The translations under genes were made by a program, and so were the position numbers. The notes beneath the pieces are model-generated. The model saw only the letters and a list, made by a program, of their open reading frames with translations. It had not been told where the DNA came from and ran no database searches. Below are positions 24,562 to 36,487 of a stretch of 62,734 nucleotides of DNA, piece by piece (within the stretch, counting starts at the first letter, position 1; each line of letters begins with the position of its first letter). The DNA is from Chiloscyllium plagiosum (taxonomy: Eukaryota). Where the stretch lies: NCBI RefSeq assembly GCF_004010195.1, contig NC_057718.1:12970436-13033169 (forward strand). Direction: 5' to 3'.

Positions 24562-25360
24562 TAGAGTCATAATTAGAGTCATAACCTGTCCATGCCGACC
24601 AGACATCCCAACTCAATCTAGTCCTGCCTGCCAGCACCTGGTAGATATCCCTCCAAACCCTTCCTATTCATATACACATCCAAATGCCTCTTAAATGTTG
24701 CAATTGTACCAGCCTCCACCACTTCCTCTGGCAGCTCATTCCATACACATACCACCTTCTGCGTGAAAATGTTGCCCCTTAGGTCTCTTTTATATCTTTC
24801 CCCTCTCACCCTAAACCTATAGTTCTGGATTCTCCCACCCCAGGGAAAAGACTTTGTCTATTTATCCTATCCATGATTTGGAGATGCCGGTGTTGGACTG
24901 GTGTGTACAAAGTTAAAAATCACACAACACCAGGTTATAGTCCAACAGGTTTAATTGGAAGCACACTAATTAAACCTGATGGGTACCGGTACCCAACATG
25001 AGCAAGATGAATGTAGTGTACAAAATACCATGCAAGGACTGCACTAATCACTATATAGGACAAACAGGAAGACAGCTAACAATTCTTGTTGTCTGCGTGC
25101 GTCAACCGGAAGCGGCAGGGACAGACCACTATAAACATCGGAGGAAACATCAAAGAAGCGCTTCGCAGGAGGCTCCCAAGCACTGATGATGTCGCCTAGC
25201 CAGGGGATGAAACGTTTGCAACAAAAACTTCCAGCTCGGCGAACAGAACCACAACAACGAGCACCCGAGCTACAAATCTTCGCACAAACTTTAAACTCCA
25301 TTTGCCACTTCTCAGCCCATTGGCCCATCTGGTCCAGATCCTGTTGTAATTTGAGGTAAT
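24562..25360. mobile_element. Composite insertion: CR1 3' fragment (minus) interrupted by Penelope pieces (plus)
   Basis: (TAGAGTCA)-type tail at 24562; Penelope pLTR at ~24872-24965; GIY-YIG motif NVVYKIPCKDCTNHYIGQTGRQL at 24998-25080; hammerhead core at 25183-25216; CR1 piece resumes at ~25295. Confidence 0.8.
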
Positions 25361-26040
25361 CTATGACATATCATCGAATTTTGTCTTTTAGTGGACCCAC
25401 ATTGGTGCCACCTGTGATTATTGTCTCTGGCAATTGCATTGGTTACCCAGTCATTAATTCATATGGTGTTAGCCCGGTTACCTGATTCGTGGTGGCTCTT
25501 AATCTCATCAGTATGGTTGGCAGCACTTCAGCCCATGTTCTGCCTGAGGCTTGCACAGTCTTAGCTAAAGCATTTTTGAACATTCTATTCATTCTCTCTA
25601 CCTTCCCATGAGCTCTGGGGGTGATAGGGGATGTGAAATTTTTGTCTAATGCTGAGCACTTGACATTGTCTTCATGACTTTTCCTGTAAAATGTGTCCCT
25701 TGGTCAGTTCAAGCAATGTGTTCTGTATCCATGCTGGTGCTACCACCTTGTCGAGTTTTCAGCTGACTGTATGCCTTCTCCTGTTCTGGCTCCCAGGTTA
25801 CAGATTCCAAGGCAGGCTTGCCTCCTTTAAGGAGTGTCTGGATTAGTTCAGCCAATTTTGCGAACTACTCGACTGTAGTTGAATAGCCCCATGACCTTTC
25901 TGACCGCCCCCGACAGTGGCAGGTCGTGGCATCTATTGGATTGTCTTCTTGTTGTTGTTGGACATTTCTTTGAGTGCCTGGGATATGAGGTGTCCCAGGT
26001 ATAAGACTTGTTTTGCCAATCTGTTCCTTTGTGGGGCTAA

Positions 26041-26244
26041 CACTATGGGTAATTTAGCATAGCCAATTCACCTGACCTGCACATCTTTGGACTGTGGGAG
26101 GAAACCGGAGCACCCAGAGGAAACTCACGCAGACACGGGGAGAAGGTGCAAATTCCACACAGACAGTCGCCTGAGGCTAGAATCGAACCTGGGACCCTGG
26201 TGCTGTGAGGCAGCAGTGCTAACCACTGAGCCACCGTGCTGCCC
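26041..26244 (-). mobile_element. tRNA-derived V-SINE (shark HE1-like)
   Basis: GGGCAGCACGGTGGCTCAGTGG (A box), GGTTCGATTC (B box), V-domain TCTCCCCGTGTCTGCGTG..GGGTGCTCCGGTTTCCTCCCACAGTCCAAAGA. Confidence 0.88.
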
Positions 26245-26369
26245 TAGGTTTGTGATGGATACAGCGGCTCCTGTGTCCACTAGCATCTCACATTTCCTCC
26301 CTCCTATTACTGCGGGCACGTAAATTCTCTCTTCCCCTTACCCTCATGAATGGGGGCAGCTGGTTATCA

Positions 26370-27680
26370 GCTCTGCTGCCCTCTGGACTCCTGCAGTTCC
26401 ACGGTGTTCTAGGTGGTGTTTGGGAGTGCCCCATGCTTTTCCCAGCACACTGCTTCTGTGTGTCCTGTTCTTTTGCAGTGACTGCAGTATTTTGCTTTAT
26501 TCCCTGGTTGATCTTCTGCTCGTGGGACCCTACACTCTCTCGCAAAGTGTCCCTGCCGGCCACAGTTGTGGCAGGATCATTTTATTCTATTCTCCCTCCA
26601 TTCTGGTAGGCTGCTTTGTCAGGTCTTTGTTGCGGGAACTTCTGCATCCTGTACCCTGCTGGCCCACTCAATCAGGTCATCATAATTCTGGGACATTATT
26701 ACTCCCATTTTCAGGATGGCTTGGTGGGTGCTAGGGAGCCCAGCTTTAAAAGCTTGGATGAATCCCCGTACACCCCCCGATCTGGGTTTGCTTTTCCTGA
26801 GCATTCTTGATAGCTCCTAAATAATCGTTCCCCATATTGATAGGCTCCTTCCCCTTTAGGTTGCTTAGTGTTCATGATCCTGCTCCAGCTCGTGGAAGCA
26901 TTTCCTAGCACCCTCTGGATTTCTTCTTTAAAGTTGGTGAAGGGGGCCTGCTGGGCATCTTTCTCTGCTGTAAAGGAAACAGCATGTGTCCACCACCCTC
27001 CCTTAAAGTCTCGGGCTGCTGAGGCATAGGGTCCGCCAACTACCTGCCTCCACTTGTCTGCTGGGCAAGCTGCCTGAACCAGCTGGTGTATGTCCCTCAG
27101 GTGTAGTTGGTACCCTACCCATACACTATCCAGCTCTTCCCAGAATCTGGTGTTTGCACTCCGGGGCTGTAATTTGCCCAGGGAGGCCATAATCTGCTGC
27201 CTCTCCCCTGGGGTAAAGGGTTTATAATTCACTTTAGGTTGCAAGTCAGTGGTCATTATCAGAGGAGGCACAAAGTTATACTCCTGCATGATTTGTCCAA
27301 CAGGAGTAGCAGTTGACTCCTGCTGGACAGTTTTGTAGGAGGAGAGACAGTCAATTTCTCTCTCCTCTCGCATTTTTTCTAAGGTGAATTCTAAACTTTT
27401 TATTCTGCCCTTCAGTTCTTTAACTTACTCCCGGTCCTTACTCCACCTACTCATGGAGGCACTTACTTGTTCAATTAGGCCTGATAATTGGTGTACCAGC
27501 ATTATCCCTATCTTTTTAGTTTTACTCCATTTCTGTTTATCTATCCACTTTCTGATGTGCTGATGTCTGGGATGGGTCCCAACCACTCTTCTTCATTTGC
27601 TCAGTAAGCCCTTATCTGTCTGTCTTGTATTTCTCAATAAGGGAACCTACAGTATCCCCCTTAGAACTCTGATCTGCCAT
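26370..27680 (-). pseudogene. gag: ERV-B gag with two CCHC zinc knuckles
   Basis: Candidate start MADQSSKG; capsid-like ORF 26711-27373 with MHR-like IMNTKQPKGEGAYQYGERL; knuckles CHNCGRQGHFAREC (26532-26573) and CSHCKRTGHTEAVC (26445-26486). Confidence 0.85.
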
Positions 27681-28631
27681 TTAGCAAATTGTGTACTCCT
27701 GGATACTACCAACAGTAAAGTGTTCCTAATCCAGTAGGGACTTCTCTACCCTCTGGCCAATCATACTGTCCCAGCACCGTCCATACGGCTATAGCAGCCT
27801 CCTAGCAAGGTGAGCTCTCTACTGATGGGACTTCTCTACCCTCCCAGCCACCACTACTAGTCAGTAACTACCGGTTGGCTGGGAATGCTGGTTCAGTAGG
27901 GTGTGCTCTCTACCGGTGGGACTCTTTACCCTCCCAGCCACCGCCACTATTCAAGCTCTGTCGTTCTACTGTAGACTGACAGCGTATCACAGTTACTCAC
28001 ACTGTCCATGCTCCCCATCATGGTTATGTGCCCTCCACTGAGGTTTGGCTCTTGGTCAGAGTGATCGGCTTCTCTCCCTCACCACATTGGAAGTTACAAG
28101 TACAGACAGCACCCAACCTTTAACTTAAACTCTAACTGGACTCTGTGCTGTTCACCTACAGAGTTTGCCACATATGTTTCACAGCTCCTAGTGCCCTTGG
28201 CGCCTCAATTCCCACTTCAAATCCCAAGCTTGGTGTGTGTGTGTGTGTTGGGGGGGGGGGGGGGGGGAGCAGGGGCGGGAGGTGGTGGTGGTGGTTTAGG
28301 GAAGGATTTCTGAGACAGGTACTACCTTGTCCTCTGGCTATTTCAGCACAAGCAGCAGATTCTTACAGCAGTTAATGCGGTTAAACACTTATTCTCCACA
28401 GACATGCACTTAAAACTTTAGCTCCTTGGATGATGCCTGAACTGCTGTGCTCTTCCAGCACTACTAATCCTTAAAATTTTAACTCACTACTGTAGCAAAT
28501 TTGACATTACAATCGGTATACCTTTTAAACTGTGTCCTTGGCCTGGTCTGACTCTTCCTGTTTGCAGACACAAATCAGTTCTTACCCCAGTCCCCGAATC
28601 ATGGCCTTCGACCAGGGCACCAGTAATAAGA

Positions 28632-28649
28632 AACCTGCTCGCAGTGCCA
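28632..28649 (-). promoter_or_regulatory. ERV-B primer-binding site, probably tRNA-Ser(CGA)
   Basis: TGGCACTGCGAGCAGGTT, 2 nt after the LTR, versus TGGCGCTGTGAGCAGGAT expected for vertebrate tRNA-Ser(CGA); 3 mismatches. Confidence 0.7.
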
Positions 28650-28651
28650 AT

Positions 28652-29358
28652 TGTTGTGGGGAAAATCACCAGTCTTGGAGTCAGAATCAGGGTTCAATAA
28701 CAAAGTTTATTGCACAAGGAATTACCGGAGCTCTGGGGAGAGAAAGACACCAACAGCACAGTGGTCAGCTGCGAGTCTTCTCTCAACCCAGAGCACATGT
28801 CAAGAAACTTTTAACCTCTTGTGATACAATAGGTCAGTGATGAGATTATTGTCTTTGTAACATGATTTGTTTATGGTAATCATTGAAGAATTGTTGATAG
28901 TTTTGATACAATCTTTGTCAGTTCCAGTGCAGTTTTTGTTAATTTCTGCATAGTCATTGTCAGTTTCAATGTCTGCACAGAAATCCATTGCCGTAGTAAT
29001 GGGCGTTAATCACTTCTCCTAAGAAGGACGATTACTGCAGCCCTGGCTATTGGCATTTTTTATTGAGTCTGTATCAAGCTATGAGCATTTCTGTAAGAGG
29101 TGTTGGCTGGACCTAGACACTTTGGCAGGCAGTGTTCGTTACTCATGTGTATTCTCTCCCCCATCCGCCTTAAACTAATCAACTGGGTTGAATACATTGT
29201 GCTGGCATTCTGGTGGCCCCAGGCAGTGTCTGTATCTGCTCTCCATATTGTGATCCAGCAGCCATCTTACGTGTCAAGTTGGCCAACTGATGGCTCAGTG
29301 GCCATCTTATGTGTCCGTGTGCCTAATATCACCCTGCCCTGTGCTATTTCCCTCTTCA
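28652..29358 (-). repeat. ERV-B 5' LTR
   Basis: Minus strand TG...CA; AATAAA at 28706-28711 (minus). About 10% diverged from the 3' LTR over the 200 bp compared. Confidence 0.92.
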
Positions 29359-32300
29359 AAACCAAACTATTATAGTTTAAAGAAATTGTAATCCTAAACA
29401 TTGGGTTAGTGACAGGATTCATAATACTATATGCTAGCTTATCCTGGTTTGTCAAATGTAAACATTTCTTATGCCCAGACAGATCACAATTTTGCAAATA
29501 AATGGCTGAACTACTTTACCAAATCCAAGGCCACGTACATTATATTTTACTGAAAAGATAATATACTAGACGAGGCAGAACACACTGAAAGATTCAAGGA
29601 GACCTCTTGCTTCTGTTCATGGGATGGTAACAAACAAAAATGTTATTTCATTAAAAAAGAAAGAATTTAAGAGAAATCTCCTAGATACTAAACCAAAATA
29701 TATTCAATTTACTGAATCCATTCCAGCTTACCTCTGTGTAATTAAATTAACAGATTCAACTTGTGAAAGTTTAAGCGATTACTTTTGAAGAATTGAAATA
29801 AACTTAATTTTAGCCACCCTGTTAAAGGACATTGGGGAAGTTTTGTACTTCAATGACTAGCACTCCTGTGTCTGAGCCAGAAGCTCGAGATTCAAACTCT
29901 ACTCCAGGTCTTGGTCAAGGAAGGTGTGTTCACAATGTGGTCAAACAGGCTGAGTTTCATCAAACAAATCCTTCCAATATGTAAGTGGAGGCAATAAGAG
30001 TAGGTGAAGCTCTTAATGAAGTATGGTTCTCTTCAAGTTACAGCCTCTGAGACAAGACTGTGACCTGTTAGCTACAGAAACAGATTGATATAACTGTACA
30101 GAGGTCCATCTTCTGTCACCAAGTCACCCTTTATTTACTTGTGCACAGTATGGCCAGCCAGCTCAATGTCAGTCATCGATCTCAGGAAATGTTAAATCTC
30201 CTGGTTATATCTTTTTCAGTTTTCCTCACAGGAATACACTGGCTGTGTGGCCAGTCAGCGAGCTCAGAGTCAGTCCTCAACCGAGAAGATTCTGATCTCC
30301 TGGTTGGATATATTTATTCATAGTTACACAAAATACATCAGTAACAATACACAAGAGAAATAGGGACACAACCGTAAGGTGCCCGAAATTTCTCAAAACA
30401 AACATTACTTAGAACATATGCAGAATTTCACACAAGTCTCTGTCCTCTGAAAGGTACCACAATGACAGAAGTCAAAAAAAGAGTCCACTTCAGCCTCTAA
30501 AGGGCAGAGTTTACATCAGGCTGAGCCCACAATATAAAATTGCAAACACTTTACCCACCACTTGCAAATCCTCACAATAGAAATTCCAGCACCTAGGCAA
30601 AGTCCACTCCAGCAGGCAGCAAATGCTTACCTCCCAGCATCCACACAGGTGTTCAATCTTTCCAGAGGCCTGGTCCATGCACACAGGCTCAGACCTACTC
30701 AGAGGAATAGTTCATCTGGAAAGGTGCATTATCTCACCAGGGCTCAGTCCAAGCACCAAAAAGTGAAAACACATGCAAAAGGAAAGTGCAGACACTAAAA
30801 ACTAGAGTGCAAGGGCTAACCCCTGCACAAAATCAGCATAGTCCTTTCTCAAAATAAATTTTTAAAAAGGTCAATTTCAGCCTCTAAGGGCAGAGTTTAC
30901 ATCAGCTGAGCCCACAAAAATAAGTGTAACACCCAGGCTTCAACCAGCCAGCGAAACAACAGTTCCCTAATGAGAACTGAAATACATATGGATCACATTG
31001 ACCGTGTAGATCAGCCAGTTCAGAAAACAGTCCTCAATAAAGGAATACCAGTAACAAACTTGCTGGGTAGGTCAGCCAGTTCAGAAATCAGGTTCCCCCA
31101 AAAACAAAAACCAACAGCAGTACACACTGGGTGCATGGCCAGCCAGCTCAGTGTCATCCAGCGCCCCGCCTCCCCATCTCAGGAAATGCTAAATCTCCTG
31201 GTTATACCTTTTTCAGTTCTCCTCACAGGAGCAGACTGGCTGTGTGGCCAGCTCAGAGTCTGTCTTCAACTGAGAAGATTCTGATGTCCTGGTTACTTTT
31301 ATTTTGTTAACCAGTACAAACTACAAACAGCTAAGATGAACAGCCATACACAAGAAACAGCAATTTACAGGGGAAAGGGGCGGCAAAGTCAAATCCCAGA
31401 CCCTACCGTACAACTAGTTCACAGGGAAATGAGGACGAACCTCAAATCCCACCTTACATTGTCAAGAAGGAAACAGTAAACACGCACAGACAGTCTGATA
31501 AAACGAATAATAAAAGTGCATATAGCACAGACACCCCTGGCAACCCAGCAAACCACTTGACCCTCCTACCTTCCAGCCAACCCTGCGACAGCGCATCCTG
31601 TTCACTCCACCCGCACCCCCCGCCCACACACACACACACACACACGGAACAACAGCGATCAGGATAACCTACCCACATTCCGGCTTTCCTAACTGTGCTT
31701 CCCACCTTCCAGCTACCTCTGTACCTTCCCAAGGTGACAGCACTAAGGACAACCTACTCACTTTCCGGTTCTCAATCTGCCCCTACATACTATCTGGCTT
31801 ATGCCCACCCTGATGCATCATCCAGCCTGTGGACTGCCCTGACAGACATCTGGCACACGTCTAGAACAGCCTGCTCCCCTCCCTGGGACAGCAGCTCACA
31901 GGGCAGTCTACAAGCCTTCTGGATCTCGACTGCTCCAACACACATTCCGGCCACCTCGAGGACAGCCTATCCTGATTATCCCTTCTCGGGACGACAATGC
32001 TCAGAATGGCCTACTCACCTTCCGGCTCTTGGGGCAGCCTACCCATCTTTTCGTTCTCAGGACGACTTACCCACCCTCCGGCTCTCGGTGACAGCTTTTG
32101 GGATAACCTATAACTCTCCCAGACCCAAGGACACAAGACAGTGCAGGTGATAAAGTCGACAAACAACAATACAGAGTCAATTACCAACAAGCAGAGTCCC
32201 TTCTGGTACACAAAGTCCGTTACCATAAACAGTTGTTTTCAGAATGCAGAGCACATTCCCAGGAACAGAGTCCACTCCTGAAGACAGCAATTGCACACCC

Positions 32301-35300
32301 CACAGTACATACACAGGTGTTCAGACTCCATAGAGGCCTAGTCTATACAGAGGACCAGGCCCATTCACAGGAATACAGTTCATTATTAAAAAAAGGTACA
32401 GTTAACTCAAAGGGGATGGTCCACTCCAATAGGCAGCAAATGTTTACCTTCCAGTACATACACAGGTATTCAATCTTTACAGAGGCCAAGTCCACCAACA
32501 AAGGGCCAGGCCTTCCAGAGGAACAGTTCATCTGGAAAGATGCATTATCTCACAGGGGCTCAGTACAAACACCAAAAAAAAAGTGAAAACACATGCAAAA
32601 ACGAAAATTAGAATGCAAGGGCTAAGCCCTGCCACAAAATAACATTGTCCTTTTCTCAAAGTAAAAGAGTAAGACACAGGCTGTAACCAGCCAGTGAAAC
32701 AACAGTTTCCTAATGAGAACCAAAATACACCTGTAGCACATTGACTGAAGATCAGCCAGTTCAGAAAACAGTCCTCAATAAAGGAATATCAGTAACAAAC
32801 TGGCTATTAGATCAGCCAGTTCAGAAATAAGGCGCCCCCAAAAACAAAAACCAACGTAGTACATACTGGCTGCGTGGCTAGCCACCTCATATCAGCAGCT
32901 GATTTCAGGAAACGCTATATCTCCTGGTTATATCTTTTTTTACTTCCCTTCACAGGAGCATATTGTGTGGCAGGCTGGCCAGCCAACTCAGAGTCAGTCC
33001 TCAACTGAGAAGGCTCTGATCTCTTGGTTATATTTTTATTAGCATTGTCCTTTTCTCAAGGAAAAGAGTAACACACAGGCTGTAACCAACCAGTGAAACA
33101 ACCGTTCTCAAATGAGGGCTGAATTACACCTGAAACACACCATCTGTGTAGATCAGGCATTTTAGAAATCAGTCCTCAAAAACAAAAAGGAATGCCAGTT
33201 AACGAAATTGGCTTTGTAAACCAACCAGTTTAAGAATCAGGTTCTCCCAAAATTAAAGCAGAAACCACCAGCAGCATTAACGCAATGACTGTAGCCCAGC
33301 CAGTACAGAGTCACTTGCCTAAACTGCAGAGATTCTACATCTCCTGGCTGTTTCTTTTTATTTTTAATAAACAATACAGTTTACAAAACAATTAACAGCT
33401 GTATACAGAGAAACAGCAATTTACAAGGGAGAGGAGCAGCAAAGCCAGGCCCCAAACCCTACCGTTCAACTAGTTTTCAGGGAAAGAAGGAGAAACCTCA
33501 ACTTCAGTCATCACAAAACAGTAAAAGTAACAAATACATAAGACAGTCCAATTAGATAACAAAAAAGCGCATAGAATATAGACACCCCCTCCCCCCAGCA
33601 ACTCACCCATCCCTCCTACTTTCTGGTCACTCTAAGGCAGCCCGTCCATGTGCCCCTTCTGGTTCTCAGTCCGCACCATGCCCCTTCAGGCTTTCATTCT
33701 GCTCTGACACACCTTCTGGCCGCTTCTAGGACAGCCCATCCTGTTGCCCCAAACCCCCAGGACGACAGTGATCAGGATGGCCTACCCACCTTCCAGCTTC
33801 CCTAACCACCCTTCGCACCTTCCGACCACCTCTAGGACAGCACGCCCCAATACCTTCCCGGGGTGGCAGTACTGATGACGGCCTACCTGCCATCTAGCTC
33901 TCAGTCTGTCCCTGCGTACCGTCTGGCTCTCACCCACCCCAAAGCGCCCTCTAGCTTGTGGATTCCCCTGACACACCTTCTGGCCACCTTTAGGACAGCC
34001 TGTCCCCTTCCCTGGGACAACAGCGTACAGGGCAGTCCACAAGCCTTCTGGATCTCAGCCTACCCCTATGCACTTTCTGGCCCTCGGCCGCTCTGACACG
34101 CCTTCTGGCCACCTCTAGGACAGCTTGTCCCGACTGCCCTTTCTCAGGACGACAGCGCTCAGAATGGCCTCAGGCTCTTTCTGGTTCTTGGGGCGACTGG
34201 CACCAGGGTGGCCTACCCACCCTCTAGCTCTCTGAATGACAGCTTTCCAGATGACCTATGAGCCTCCTAGTTCACAGCCAGGCCTGCCAGACCCAGAGAC
34301 CCAGAGACACACAAGACAATGCAGGTGATAAACCCAACAAGCAACAAGACAGAGTCAATTACCAACAAACAGACTGCGTTCTGGTACACAGAGTCCATTA
34401 CCATAAACAGTTCTCTTCAAAATGCAGAGTCTATTCCTAGGAATAGAGTCCACTCCAGTATGCAGAATGCATTGTCAGAGATAGAATCCATGAAAAAAGG
34501 CAGAGTCGACAGCGATATGGAGAGTCCACTCTGGAAGGCAGCAAATATGCACCCCCAAAACATGCACACAGGTGTTCAGTCTCCATAGAGGCCTGGTTTA
34601 TCCACAGACAACTGGACCCACTCACAGGAACAGAGTATATTATGAGGGTTCAGTTATCTCACAGAGGTTTGGTCCACTCCCAAAGGCAGCGTCCACTCCT
34701 GAAGATAGCATCCACAGCAAATGCTCAACTCCCAGCACAAACATAGATGTTCAGTTTTTACAGAGGCCTAGTCCACCAACAAGGGCCAGGTCTACCCACA
34801 GGAACAGCTCATCTGAAAAGATGTATTTTCTCACAAGGGCTCAATCCAAACACCAAAAAAGTGAAAACACATTCAAAAGAAAGAAAACCAGAGTGCAAGG
34901 GCTAAGCCTGAACACAAAAGCAGCATAGCACTTTACTCAAAGTAAAAGAGTAACACAGGCTGTAACTAGCCAGTGAAACAACAGTTCCCTAGGGAGGGCT
35001 GAATTACACCTGAAACGCTGACTGTGTAGATCAGGCAGTTTAAAAATCAGTCCTCAATAAGAAAGGAATGCCAGTTAACCAAACTGGCTTTGTAAACCAG
35101 CCAGTTGAGGAATCAGGGTCTCCCAAATAAAAGCAGAAACCAACAGCAGCAGTAACACACAGACTGTGGCTCACCCAGCTTAGAGTCAGTTCCCTAAACT
35201 GAGGAGATTCTAAATCTCCTGGTTATATTTATTTTCTTAATCAGTACAGTTTACAAAACAATTAATATTAACAGCTGTATACAGAGAAACAGTCAGTTAC

Positions 35301-36151
35301 AAGGGAGAGGATCAGCAAAGCCAGACCCCAAACCCCACCGTTCAACCAGTTTTCATGGAAATGAGGACAAGCCTCAAATCCCACTGTCAGTCAACACAAA
35401 AGCAGTAACAAATACATACAAGACAGTCTAATTAGATAAGAAACGATGCATAGAATACAGACACCCCCGAGCAACCCTCCCATTGCTCCCACCTTCTGGC
35501 CACTCTAAGGCAGCCCGCCCCACGCCCCTTCCAACTCTCAGTCCGCCCCCTGCCCCGTCCAGGTCTCAATCCATCCTGACATACCGTTCTGTCTTTCCAA
35601 CGCCCCCCAGGATGACAATCAGGACGGCCTACCTACCTTGTGGCTTCCCTAACTGCTCTTCGCACCTTGTGGCCACCTCTAGGACAGCCTGCCCTGGTAC
35701 CTGCCTAGGGTGACAGCATTGAGGACGGCCTACCTGCATTCTGGCTCTCGTTCTATCCCTATGTACCGTCTGGCTCTTGCTCATCCTGACGCGCCATCTG
35801 GTCTGTGGATTGCCTGATACAGAGGAACCTCGATTATCCAAACGAGATGGGCAGGCACTATTTCGTTTGGATAATTGGTTTTTGGTTAACTGATTCAATG
35901 CCTTTCCTCTGGGGCTTGGAGTTTTCTGTTAAGTCCGCTTCTCATTCAGGAAACTAGGCAGCAGCACACCATGCGTGAGAACACCCCTCGAACCCCGTGC
36001 GCCCCTATCCAACACCGCCCCCACCCCACCCCCAACCCCATCCAACACCGCTCCCCATCTGCCCCCATCCCTTCTCCAGGGCACCTGGACTGGACACCAA
36101 CAAGACTACTGCCGCTCCCTTTTGGGGGGCGAGTCTCCAAATAGTGCGCGT

Positions 36152-36205
36152 ACACACACACACACACAGACACACACACACAGACACACACACACACACA
36201 CACAT
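36152..36205. repeat. (CA)n microsatellite
   Basis: Interrupted CA run. Confidence 0.9.
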
Positions 36206-36487
36206 AGATACACACCTTTTGACTGCAACTTTTGACAAGTTCCACCTTTGCCCTGTACAGGACAATGCTGGAGAGATTATCTGGGGAAGGGATTTTAGGG
36301 TACATGCCTGTGTGGAACTCCAGGGAAAGTGTGTGGGAAGAGAGGGAGGGCAGGATGCCAGTCATTTGGAGACAGTGCCTGGACTCCCATTGATATCCAG
36401 TACTGTTCTTGGGCAGCATTTCAGTAAGCCAAGTTCATTTTTAATCACTGTAAACAAAAGATGCAATCAGTGTTGGAAACATCTCTT

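Larger units (their letters stand above)
20460..26335 (-). pseudogene. pol: ERV-B pro-pol fragments: protease, RT thumb, integrase core and C-terminus, split by a SINE and LINEs
   Basis: MLVDTGAAVSI; VLYLGHLIS..MPRP..MGLFNY; DQGTHFTG..PYHPQSS..TPYELMTG; KWSGPY. RT palm and RNase H are missing. Confidence 0.85.
18088..29358 (-). mobile_element. ERV-B: divergent defective endogenous retrovirus with nested insertions
   Basis: LTRs 28652-29358 and 18088-18828, 4-bp TSD AAAC (18084-18087 and 29359-29362), PBS, PPT, gag-pro-pol-env remnants. Confidence 0.93.

Noticed and set aside
26160..26244. tRNA gene
   Set aside because: A and B boxes are present but run into a V-SINE core, so this is a SINE head.
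29725..29765. Donor-like GAG|GTAAGC on the minus strand (similar site at ~17380)
   Set aside because: No open, phase-compatible exon found; exons 38990-39069 and 16233-16332 already join in frame.
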